Assembly (NCBI GenBank): GCA_013239625.1
Contig: MU053559.1
Span: forward strand, 620,001 to 684,000
Length of the DNA stretch: 64,000 nt
Source of the DNA: Lama guanicoe
Lineage: Eukaryota
Direction: 5' to 3'
Part shown: positions 25,881 to 37,624 of the stretch, piece after piece
Position numbering within the stretch: position 1 is the first letter of the stretch
Layout: each line of letters begins with the position of its first letter
Translations under genes and position numbers: made by a program
Notes under the pieces: generated by a model
The model's database searches: none
Seen by the model: the letters and a program-made list of their open reading frames with translations, nothing else
What the model was told of the DNA's origin: nothing

Positions 25881-27026
25881 AGAGAGAATTAGGAGAGGTG
25901 GTTCCTGTACCAGCTCTACTTGTGTCAGGGTTTGTCATCGACCAACAGTCTTAAGCCATCTTTCATTCAGCGCCTTCGTTTTCATGAAACAGTAAACACG
26001 AAATGTAAAACGAGCTACAGGAAAGCACTTTCTAAGCTTGTAAAGACTGTTTAAATGTGGTAATAAGAACAATGAATGCCTCCTTTTACGATCCTCTGAA
26101 TTCCCTCGACTGTGTCCATCCTGGAAATCCCACCCCAGATCCCTTCATTAAGCTAGAGTTTAATCTGCAATCATGAAATAACTTATTCAGTAAACCTCTG
26201 AGAGTCCCCCTGGGCTGGGACTGAGGCTTCAGAGATGCCTTAGGTACAGATAAAGCCCCAAAGGAGTTGACGGCAGGGAAGGGCCGGCAGTCCAAGAGAT
26301 CCAAAAGGGGCCCTTTGACTGAGCAGAGGGGAGCTGGTACCTCCTGTAGTGACAGTGGGAGTCTTAACAGAAGTGACGGTAGCAACTGCGGAGTAAAACC
26401 CTAAGCCAAACGCCTGAGTTTCATAAACATAAGGAAAAGCTCATGAAATTGGAAATGGCTTGGAGGATTAGACTACTACCACTGCCACTGTGGTCTCAAG
26501 CAAATTATTTAACATCTCTGTACCACAATATCTGCACCTTTTATTATTATTAAATTTATAATTATAACCATAAATTATAAATTATATATAGTAATAATAA
26601 AAATTAAATTAACTCAATAATAATAAATTAAATAATACATACTTATTTAATATTATTTAATAACAATAATAATTATCATAAAAGAAAGTAAGTAAATATT
26701 AAATACAATTACAATAACATCCTCATTATTTGGGGACAATAATAGTAGCAACATCCTAGAGGTTTTTCCTTAAGGACAAAATTAATCCATGTGAATTGCC
26801 TAAAATAATATCTGGCATCACTATGAAAACAAAAGAATTATCAGCTATCATAATTGTTGTTGATTACTACTAAGCTATAGCTACTACATCAGGCATTGTG
26901 ATAAAGTGATCAGGACAGGGAGGCAGTGAGGACCAGGTCATTTTCAGTGTTTTCCCACTTTTACTAATATTCACATCCGCGGAGAGAGAAATGGTCTCCG
27001 GTCCTTTCTACTCGGGAGGTACTCAC

Positions 27027-27076
27027 CTTCAGTTGTTTTCTCTCTTGCATGTTGAAAACCTCCTGAGGAAACTCTT
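27027..27076 (-). CDS. SSX: SSX 50-nt exon (KEFPQEVFNMQERKQLK)
   Basis: tttcag / gtgagt boundaries; 50 nt, phase 1 to 0, as required for an open frame. Confidence 0.85.
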
Positions 27077-28597
27077 CTGAAAGGAGGTGACAAATTAGAA
27101 TTTTTCTTTGTCGGTAAATATTCCCAAACTGCAGAGAGACTCCTGTAGTATCAAGGTATTCTGCAGCAGAGGGCTTTGAATCCACTCGCTGTCAAGGAGT
27201 TATTTGGAGACTGGCCTCTGGATTATCTTTAATAACAGTTTATGCATTTATGTGTGGCATCAATTCACAGTTTTCCTTCTAAAAAAGGATGGTTTACAAA
27301 ATGCGAACTAAACACCATCATTGTCTCATCCTATTTCATTACATATTTCTTATTTTTGTCCCCAAAGAATTAAATTGATTGGTTGGATATCTGAACTGTG
27401 TAGAGATGTGTGGCATCCTTAACTAAAAATCACTGTATAATTAAAATGGTGAATTTTACAGTATGTCAATTACACCTCAATGAAGCTATTAAGTGTATGA
27501 TGAACTATGGATGATTTAGTCCAGCGGTTCTGGAATGTTTCCAGCATAAAGACTGCCCTTTCATATCAAAAGCTTTGTAGATAATCAAACACTGGATTTT
27601 CAGCCCTCTTGCAGTAATTTTGGGAGCTTGTGGAATCTGGCCTGTTTAGCTGGAGAGTCATATAGGTCTACTGGAGACAGTCTGAACATTCTGACCCTGT
27701 CTTCTTACAACTGTGCTGTCGGAGCTGAAGACCAAGTGAACGCATCCCACCCCCCTTTTTAAGTGAGTACATACACTGCTGAAATGAACAAAGATTTCTA
27801 GAATCTGTCACGTATTTTTACCCTGCATTGCCTCTGCTCACTGACAAGTAGGGAAACTCAACGTGTGGAGGACTGCTTTCTCAAACACTCTCCTAAGCTC
27901 AACAAAGAGAGTCAGGTTCAATTAGGAGTGACACAGCTATTCGGTTTTGGTAAAACACAGGGAAATAACCATACATACCATTACAATGCATTGGTCACTT
28001 TCTCTCAAGATATTTATCCAATACCTATGCACTATGAAATTCACTCTGGGAGTTTTGGGTGGATTTACACTTTACATTTTTCTTAATCATCCTATGATTC
28101 ATTAATGGTGTTTAATAAGAACAATAATTTCTTTTAAAAAGAGAAGTGTTTCAAACATACAGAAAATCATGGAGAAAAATATTGGAAACGTACACATCTA
28201 CTACTGAGTCTAGTTGGATTTCAACATTACCTTGTAGCTACTTCAGATCACTCTGAGTTCTTTATCCAAAATACAACAAAACACTATGAACAAGTCACAG
28301 CTAAAGCCATCTGTGTAACCCTCACTGATCTCTGCCCTCCCTCCTTTTTTACTTCTTCATTCCAGAATTTGATGGGTTTTATTCTAACTCAGGCTTTTTA
28401 AAAAAATACATTTACTATGTACTTACTATCCATAAAATTCTTGTTTTCAATTTTTAAGATTTTATATGAATGGCCTCTGATTGTACTTAACCTTCTGCAT
28501 CCAACTTTTCCCATTCAACCATGATGCTTATGAGGAAACAAACTCCTAAGAATATTTCCCCAGGTGCACCCCAAAGTAGGAGACCCTTGTCACTTAC

Positions 28598-28693
28598 TCT
28601 GATTCCCAGGGTTCTTATCCTCAGAATCACGCTCACCGAATTTTATGGTTGGCCTTCTAGGACACATGAAATTTGGCAGGCTGGCCTTGAGGC
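28598..28693 (-). CDS. SSX: SSX exon (GLKASLPNFMCPRRPTIKFGERDSEDKNPGNQ)
   Basis: ttctag / gtaagt boundaries; G.KA.LP.FMC end of the SSX/PRDM9-type KRAB; 96 nt. Confidence 0.92.
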
Positions 28694-29032
28694 CTAGAAA
28701 GATACAAAATATTTGTTCCTTAAGAGACAGCCTGAAAGGAGGGTGGAATGCTGGGATACACCCCTAACAGTAAAGCTCAGCAGTTGGGAAGGGGATCTGA
28801 ACCAGGGCCAGCAGGAGAGAAAATGCGTGGGATCCAGGTCTGAGCATCTCTGTGGTCACTCCCAGTCCTTAGCCCTGCACTATAAGAGCAGAACTCCTGA
28901 AAGCCGCCTTGGGATTTCTTCCCTCACAAAAGGGAAGTGTAGGCCACTTGCTGCAGTTTGAGAAGAAGCCACGGCATGTAAAGAGGGATGGTCATTTGTT
29001 TCCAGCCTTGTCTGGACCCAGAACTTTGTTAC

Positions 29033-29147
29033 CTAGACCAGTCATGGTTTCATAGTTTCTCTTCATATACACGTAGGTGATTTTCTCTGAGTATGCCAGA
29101 TTTGCCCACTCTTCCTTAGAGAAGTACTTGGAAATATCCTTGAAAGC
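29033..29147 (-). CDS. SSX: SSX KRAB-related exon ([38 protein letters not shown])
   Basis: Poly-T ctag acceptor, gtaaca donor; closely resembles human [14 protein letters not shown]...SEKI.YVYMKR.YEAMT. Confidence 0.96.
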
Positions 29148-29587
29148 CTAGAAAAAAAAAAAAAAGAAAAAGAAATCCCGGCAGCAAATCGGCTACACAT
29201 GTCTGACGTTCAGCCAGGGACTCTTCCTTGGCTGCAGGACCTCCACATTGGATCTGTAAACTGGAGATAATAACCCTCCTGGTTGATGTCATGGCTAACT
29301 GAGAGAACATGAGTAACATTCCCCGGCCTCTCCCCTGGTGTGCAGTAGGTGCTTAATGTGCTCTGCTCACCTTCCAGAATGGACTGAGAGCCACCCAGAG
29401 CGGTGCAAGGACACAGATCTTGTATCCAGAGATGCTAGGCAAGGACAGAGTAACAGTGGGAAGCTATGGATCTCCCTCTGACACCCTGCTCCTTTTTTCC
29501 CAGTGCTTCTTACCCCACCTTTTCAGACATCTAGTCACCCTACACTGTCCCCTGGGCCACTCCTCTGCCCCCTCCAGATCACCTCAC

Positions 29588-29656
29588 CTTGGATTTCTTC
29601 TCTAATTTCTGGGTATCATCACAGGAGTTCTTTACAAAGGAGCTGCCTCTATTCAT
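29588..29656 (-). CDS. SSX: SSX first coding exon (MNRGSSFVKNSCDDTQKLEKKSK)
   Basis: gcaccATG Kozak context, 69 coding nt, gtgagg donor; same length and phase as recalled human MNGDDAF...EKIQK. Confidence 0.88.
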
Positions 29657-30014
29657 GGTGCTGGGATTGGTCTGATCTCGAAGGAACACAACCTGAATCT
29701 CTCTGTCCACAAGGTCAAAGGTTCTGTGGGGGGAGAAAGAGCTGAGGGGAGGCCACAGTCAGTTAGTCACCCGGAATTAAAGTTCTACTTTTCTCCGTTC
29801 TTGGCTTGTCTGTTCCTGAGGAAGGACACAGAGGGAAGTCAGATGAGAATAGGGGGCTGGAGGTCTCTGGGAGAAGTATTGATTAGGGATGACAGGTTTT
29901 CTGTGAGCATTATCAAAGCAACATTGAGTCTTTGAGGGAGGTTGGTTACTGTTCTTAGTAGTTTCCCTAGGGTTTGGCTAGAGTTAAATAAATAAATAAA
30001 CAAACAAATAAATA

Positions 30015-30460
30015 AATAACAGAATACTACTCAGTCATGAAAAAGAATGAAATTTTGTCATTTGCTGCATGGATGGACCTGGACTGTTTAATGCTTAGTG
30101 AAAAAAATCAGAGGAAGATAAATATCGTATGTTATCACTTACATGTAGAATCTAAAAAATGAAACAAAGAGATGAATATAACAAAAAAGAAACAGATGTA
30201 CATATATAGAGAAAAACTAATGGTTACCAATGGGGAGAAGAAAGGGGGGAGGGGGAAGTTAGGGGTAGGCGATTAAGTAGCACGAACTAGTATGCATAAA
30301 ATAAATAAGCAATAAGAATATATTGCACAGCATAGAGAAATATAGCCATTACTTTGTAATAACTTTAAATAGAGTATAATAATAAAAATATTAAATCACG
30401 ATGTGGTACACCTGAAATTAATACAATATTGTAAATCAACTATACCTCAATTTTTAAAAA
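30015..30460 (+). mobile_element. L1 3' end in SSX intron 1
   Basis: gaatactactcagtcatgaaaaagaatgaaatt...tgtaaatcaactatacctcaat. Confidence 0.8.
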
Positions 30461-30992
30461 GGCTATTTCTAGGTTATTTGAAAATTATTAGAGGGAGGAG
30501 AGCTGGAATCTCTGATACTATCGGATTAGCCATCACTCAGGCTGAGAATGTGGGAAGTTTTAGTGAGCAATCTGGTGCTCCCCAAACTGACGGCATTGGG
30601 AATCTCCGAGGGAGCGGAGGGTCTGATGCAAAGAACGCCGCTTCTTTATCTCACAGGAAGAAATAAAAAAGTCCCTTAGGCAGAGGCTATATTATATCTG
30701 GTTAAGGAGATATAGGGGTATTGGGTTGATTTGGGGGTTTCTCGGGCTGAGGGGAGTTTTCCTTTCCTCAAGAAGAGCAATTAGGGAGTCTCACAGACCG
30801 AAGATATTTTTGGTTTTATGACTGCCCGACGGAGATTGCCGAAAGGCTTTATAAAGTCGTCCCTCAGTCCTAACGATCTTGAGGATGTTAGGAAGTACAG
30901 AAAATACCCAACCACTTGAGTTATTGACAAAAGCTTCCATTTTCTGCTTTCCTCCCTTAACCTATCCAGAGTGTCCCTAAGAGAGAACCTAC

Positions 30993-31400
30993 CTCGGCGG
31001 TGAGCGATGGCGAATGGCCGCTCCACGATGAGATGAAATCCCACAGTTCCGTGGCCCAAGGACAGTAAACCAATCAGAACAGGCAGTGAACTTCATCTGG
31101 CCAATCAGAGATCAGGAAAATAGGCACGCGTGGGGAGGAGGGACGCAAGTGAGTGGGTGTCTCAGTCCAGGCTCCACAGGCAGGAGGGCCTCTTCAAAAT
31201 GGGTGGAGACTTCGATTTTTCCGTTTGATGCAAGTTTGTCTTCCACCAGAATTGTCCACTCCAGGTTCCGTAGGCCCGTCTGCACGCATGCTCAGATGTT
31301 CCCTTTCCATTCAGCCTACATCTTCTGTCTGGCTGTGTGTTTTTTGCTTTAGTTTTAATAAATGGTATAGCTGAGGCGAGCCGCCATCTCAAATTCTCCG
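30993..31400 (-). promoter_or_regulatory. SSX: Putative SSX promoter and non-coding exon 1 (donor gag|gtaggt at 30993)
   Basis: Local CpG enrichment; two CCAATCAG boxes (about 31069 and 31101); cacgcg; NRF1-like gcacgcatgc; YY1-like ccgccatct. Confidence 0.55.
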
Positions 31401-34249
31401 CATCAGTCTCCAACTTACTCAGATATGATGTCTTTCCTAGGGCCCCATAGGACCTCTCTAATAACTTAAGAATTATTAACTTAAAAAAACCCACAGTTTC
31501 GGATATGTGCTTTTTTGATATGTGCTTTTTCTATAAGATCCAATAACCAGAAACATGTTTTACCGCTTCATACTAATATTTACAACTATAGTATTAAAAA
31601 GAATGGCCGTGTAATTAGGGCTTGAGGTGTTCCTCAGCGGAGTCAGAAGTCATTTTTTCTAGGAAGTCTTTCCTACTCCCCCCCCTGTTCTCCAATAGGT
31701 CCCCAGTACACAATCCGTGGGTAGCAGAGCTGGAATTCACCCTCAAGTTGAATTGAGTCCAACGTCTGTGCTTCTAATTACTCTTCGATTTTGTCTCAAA
31801 TATTTCTTGGCAGGTTGAATGAATGAATGAATGAATCTTAAAGCTACAAAGGATATTTAACATAATTTACATAATCTTCTATAATCACTCATAACTTTAT
31901 GTGGCTGCTATAACAAATTATCAAAAACTTTGTGGCAGAAAACAACAGAAATTTATGTACGTATGTATGTTTTTAAATGTTTAAATGAAATATCCTGATC
32001 TTTATTTCTCACAGTTCTGGAGGCCAGAAGTCTGAATTAGTTTCTCTGAGCTGAAATCAAGGTGTCGGAGGGGCTGCACTCCTTCCAGAGGCTTTAGGAG
32101 AGAATCTTTTCCTTGCCTCTTCCAGTTTCTGGTGGCCGCCAGCATTCCCTGGCTTGTGGCTGCATCATTCTAATCTCTGCCTCTGTGGTCATATTGCCTT
32201 ATTCTCTTCTGTCTGTCAAATCCTCCTCTGCTTCCCTCTGATAAGGACACTTGTGATACATTTAGGGCCCACCCAGATAATCCAGGATAATCTCCCTATC
32301 TCAAGATTTTTAATGTAATCACACCTGCAGAGTCTCTTTTGTTGTTGTTAAAAGGTAATACTTATAGGTTCCAGGAACTGGGAAGTGGTTATCTTTTGGA
32401 AGGCTGTTATTCCGTCTGCTCTCTGGTTCTCAAAGATTCACGTCCATCCTGCATGTAAAATACACTCACTCCATCGCCAAATCCCCAAATTTGTCAATCC
32501 ACTGCAGTATCAATCAACTCAAGCCCCAAACCTCATTTAAATATCATTAGCTTAAGAGTACCAAATCTCATCAACTAAGTATCTTAGGTATGGGTGGAAC
32601 TCTGGGTGTGATCTCTCTTGCAGCAAAATTTGGACTTGGACACTAGAAAACAATTTATCTGTTCCCAAAATACAGTTGTGGGACAGGCATAAGACAGTAA
32701 CTATAGATAGGAGAAAATGTAAGAAAGGAAGGAGTCACTGGTCCTAAGCAATTTTGAAATCTAGCAGGGCAAATTCCACTGGTTTTCAAGTCCTGGGAAT
32801 AATCCTCTGTGGCTTGAGACTCTGCTCTTTGGCCTACACCTCTGCCGTCAGAGTCATTCTTCCTTTCTCTCTTCTTTTTTTAAATTGAAGTATAGTTGAT
32901 CTACAATGTTGTGTTAGTTTCAGGTTCCTTTCTCTTGAAGTGTGGCATATGTTTGCAATTGAAGAGTTTTATCAGGAGTTTACCTTTTTCATGCCTATAG
33001 TATTTTGGGAGTCTGGCAACCTTCTCCAATTTTGTCTTGCCTCTGTATTGTTCAGTTCAATCTGGCAATGTTTCTGATGATATAACATTCTCAAAAGCTG
33101 TGTGGGCCTCCCAAGTGTGTCTAGAGATTCATGCCATTAGACCAGAGGGTCCTCCACGTATCTTTCCTATATTATCTCATCTCTATTTCCGGGCATGGCT
33201 GAGATGGTTGAAGGGATTCATGAGTCACATATCTAATCTCTTCAGTACCAGCAAACAGAGCCATACTCTTGACTTATTCTCCAGAGCACATCTTCCTGAG
33301 AGTGAATCTCTTTACTTAATCTCTTTTGCAACCTAATAGACTGAGAATTCCCCAAATTAAGTCCTGGATCCCTTTGCTTAATAGCCTTTTCCTCAATTTA
33401 TATTATTCCTTTGACATTTTACTATATGTAGCAAGAATAAATCAGATAATACCTTCAACACTTTGCTTGGAAAGCTGATTAGCTAAATATATAAGTTCAC
33501 TGCTTGTGAGCTCTGCTGTCCACATAACTATAGGAAACAATTCAGCTAAGTTTTCTGCCAGTATATAACAAGGATTGTCTTTCCTCTAGTTTCCAATAAC
33601 ATGTTCCTTATTTCCTTCAGAGCCCGTATCAACAGCACCTTTAATATTCATATTTCTACCAACATTTTGCTTGTGACAACGTGTGTATCCTCTAAGATGA
33701 TATAGGTTTTCTCTTCCATGCTTCTTACTTCCTTCTGAGGTCTCATCATAATCACCTTTAAAGTTTTAATTTCTACTGACAGTCTTTTCAATTCAGTCTA
33801 GGGCTTTTCCATCAAGCTTCTCAACATTCTTTCAGCTTCTATCCATTATCCATTTCCAAAGTCACTTTCATATTTTTAGATATTTGTGAAAGCAGAATTC
33901 AACTTCTAGGTACAAAAATCTATAGTAGTTTCTTGTGGCTGCTGTAACAAATTACCACACACTTGTTGACATAAAACGACAGAAATTTATTTTCTAACAG
34001 TTCTGGAGGCCATAAATCTGAAATCAGTATTACTGGTCAAAATCAAGGTATCAGAAGGGCTGTGCTCTATCCATAGGCTCTAAGAAGAATCCATTCTTTG
34101 CCTCTTCTAGCTTCTGGTTGCTGTCATCATTCCTTGGCTCCTGGTGGCATTACTCTAATCTTGAAGGCCAGCATCCTCTTATCTCCCTCTGTTCTATCTT
34201 CACATTGCCTTCTCCTCTGTATATCTCTTCAAATCTCCCTCTACTTCTT

Positions 34250-34334
34250 CCTTCCTCCCTCCCTCCCTTTCTTGTTTCTTTCCTTTCCTTTCCTTTCCTT
34301 TCCTCCCTCCCTTTCTTTCATTCTTTCTTTCTTT

Positions 34335-34410
<76 letters not shown>
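34250..34410. repeat. (TTTC)n microsatellite, probably the decayed poly-A tail of the RDH12 retrocopy
   Basis: Directly visible; abuts the retrocopy 3' end. Confidence 0.9.
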
Positions 34411-36200
34411 GTGCAGTCTATATTTTCTCTAAAATTTGAGCTAAAGAGAACTCTTCAGAAAAAGAAACCATCTACATGATTGAAAATGGGAAGGTTCTAA
34501 CTTACACAATGCTATATGTCAATTATATCTCAGTAAAGCTGGCATTTTTTTTAATCCTAAAAAAAGAACTGGAAAAAGAAAATGGGAAGGCACAACTTCA
34601 TATAGTGACTCTAGGATGCTCAGAGGAAGGAACTAATGGTGGCCAAGGTTAGCCAAGATTTTTCTGAGTTGCCCAGACTCCAGAGTTGTGACTGGTATTT
34701 CAAAGAGAAAAGAGATCAGTCAAAAGTTTGAGGCATATAGCACCTGATAATATGTAACACTCCTGTCACCTCAGCTGAGTATGTTGGCTGGAGTTTCTGC
34801 TAATGGTGAGGTCATTGCTCTCAATTTCCTAGGCTCTTCTGCCTTCCCTGTGCGCACCTGAGATATGCCCAGACCTCTTGCTCCACGAGGGCAGTGGACT
34901 CTTGCAAGTATTCAAGAAGAATGCTCCGCAGATGTGAGCATCTCATGCCATGAGCCAGCTTCACAAGAGAGTTGGGTGTGCAAAGGTTTCCAGAAGGGCC
35001 AGCAGAATCAGAGCAGCACAGGCTTTGCAACAGTAGTCAGCCAGAAGGACAATCTTTCAGGGTGGGCCTTCTCCTTGATCTCCTTTCATTATGATGTGGA
35101 CCCGGTCTGATAAAGCTGTGGCTCTTCCATCAGCTCTACCCCAGCTGGATTCCTAGAAGATCACAGCTGATGTTCCACAGTCACTCAGCTATTTGTTACT
35201 TTAGATCCTTGGAGACACCTAGGTCCTCTTGTGGTCACTGAAATACTTGGCACTCAGGGGCTCCAGGCCTTCAGCCAGGGAACAGCACAGTTTGGTCTGC
35301 ACCCACTCTCACACCAGTTTGACAAAGGGGTGGGAAGAGCCGCCAGAGCAGGCACAGCAGGAATGATTGCTGGACCAGCGCAGAGTGGACTATGCCTGGC
35401 TGCACCGCATAGGGGTGGCCTCATGCTTTGGAGCTTTTTGGCCAGCTCCCAAGTAACAAGCACATTGGCTAGCTTGCTGTGGCAGTATGAAAAACTCCAC
35501 CTGTAGTACTTCTTACTCTGAAGTCGTGGAAGGGAATCTTGCCAGCATGGTGAGCCACCAGTGACAGGCTCACCAGGAGTGGATTCCTTCAGCAGCTTCA
35601 GCAGCGAGCAGGTGAGAAGGAAGTGGCCCAGGTGGTTGGTTCCCAAGTGAGTTTCAAAGCCATCGGTTGTCTTGGGAATATGAACACATCATCACTCCTG
35701 TATTGTTGATCAGAATGTGGAGCTGCTTTTCACTGCCAGAAAGCCCTCATTAAAGGCTGGGATGGATTTAGTATTGGATAGGTCCAGTTTCCACACAAGC
35801 ACCTGGGAGTTCTTTGTATAAGCTCAGGTTTCACTGACGGCCAACTCCCACTTCAGTACGTATCAGCAGGCAATGCCTCTCTGCTGGGGAGCTTTCTGGC
35901 AGTCTCCTTGCTGATGCCCGTGATCACCACTACCTTCCCTGGAAGCTTCGCATTCATTCTCCAAACCCCACCAGCAAAGAACTTCTAATGGATGGGGCTA
36001 TCACAAAGCGAGGAGATGAGCAGTCCTAAGATAACCAGCATATGTTCAACTTCTTTAGTTGCTGCTGCTTTAGCAAAAGCAGCTTCTACTCCAACTCTGG
36101 CTCTGGCTTCTGGTCTGGCTCTAATTCTTGGCTGCTTCTCTCTGCTTCTCCCTCCCACTCCTCTAGTTCCTCTCTCTCCCGGGATCTCCACAACAGCTTG
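34410..36200 (-). pseudogene. RDH12: RDH12-like processed pseudogene (5' UTR, CDS about 36041-35137, 3' UTR)
   Basis: Intronless; MLVILGLLIS.., [60 protein letters not shown]; many indels and stops. Confidence 0.88.
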
Positions 36201-37624
36201 GCTTGCCTCTCTTGCGTAAGAATACATGTGGTTGCATTTAGGGCCCACCCAGGTAATCCAGGATAATCTCCATATCTCAACAGCCTTAATTTAATCATAG
36301 TTGCAAAGAATTATTTTCCAAATAAGGTAGCATTTATATCGTCCAGGGATTATGACCCAATATCTTTGGGGGCCATTATTCTGCCTGCTGCCAAGAGTAA
36401 GTCAGATACCTTGTTCTGAAGTTCTGAGGTCACTGGGTTTGAAAAGGAGTGAATAGAGTTCTTTGAGGACCAATAGGGGGGAAGGTAGTACAGCCTGGTG
36501 GAAGGGAGGTGGGCTCTGTAGTCAGACAGACCTGAGTTTACTTCCCAGCCCCAACATCTGACGACTGAGTGACCTTAGGCAAGTCACTCAACCCCCCGAT
36601 CCTCTTTTCCTCCTCTGTGAAATGGGGTAATAATCACACCTCCTTCACAGGGCAGTTGTAACTTGTGCTTGTAAAGCACATAGCATAGGGCTAGGCACAA
36701 TGTGAATAATCAGGAAACATTAGACGTTGTTATTGTTAGCTCATGAACATGGTGATAATAATACTATGCATCTATTCTGGGTTCACAAGGAATCTTAACA
36801 TATGCTCCCAGGAGCATGTGATAGAGATGGTCTTATTGTCCTGTGTCACAGATGTAGATTTAAGAGGTCAGTATTTGCCTAAGTTCAGACAGTTAACAAA
36901 TAGTAGAGGAAGGAATGAAGACCATGTCTGGCTAGTTCTTTACCACAATGCTAGTCCCCACTGCGGGAGGGAGATTTGTAAACGCCAGCAGCTGCAGAGA
37001 GCATGTGTAAATGATGGACACATCAACAAGCAGGGAAGTCTGTGGCCAGTTGTTTGGAAGGACTTGCTGACTGTCAGGGCTACAGGCTGTGGTGTGGGAA
37101 ACCAGGATGGTGGAGGTCTCCGTGCTCAGCACTTTTCCACAAAGGGAACAGGAAAAACTCTGCACTGGTGGTGGTGACAGACCTCTGTGTGAGGGCGAAG
37201 CCTGCACCAGGACCCAGGATGCTGTGGACCTTCTGACTCCAGGGTGGATGAATAAAAAAGCCAGCATTATGTGGCTCTGGGAGTTTCCTATGACTCCCTA
37301 AGAATATTGTTCATTGATTCCAATATTCTTTTGCTCTATAGTATATTTCCACCTCTTTTTTATTTTTAATTTTTTTCCACTTCTTTTTTAAAAGGGTAAA
37401 CTTTATATTGAAGAATGACATAAAGATGGAATTTTGCACAAACCATAACTGTCCCACTTGAGAGAAGTTGGGGAACTCAGGATTTGAGAGTTAGTGTTAT
37501 TTTTCTCAAGATAAGTTATTGCTGCTGAGTATAAGATCAGAAAAATTTATCTATCAGTTTCATATTTCAACGTCTTAAATTTTCCTGCATGTATTTCTGG
37601 CATGACTGACCATACAGATGTTGC

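Larger units (their letters stand above)
31890..36392 (-). mobile_element. MLT1 MaLR provirus: LTR about 31890-32420, internal about 32420-33920, second LTR about 33920-34245 plus 36200-36392, split by the retrocopy
   Basis: Two related LTR copies (ggctgct.taacaaatta, cagttctggaggcca.aa.tctgaa, tttagggcccaccca.ataatccaggataatctcc) around MLT-int-like sequence. Confidence 0.75.

Noticed and set aside
26540..26720. Extremely AT-rich patch
   Set aside because: Low-complexity expansion within a MIR-like element; no further structure seen
34098..34439. Hydrophobic FLSF-repeat ORFs
   Set aside because: Translation of the (TTTC)n microsatellite
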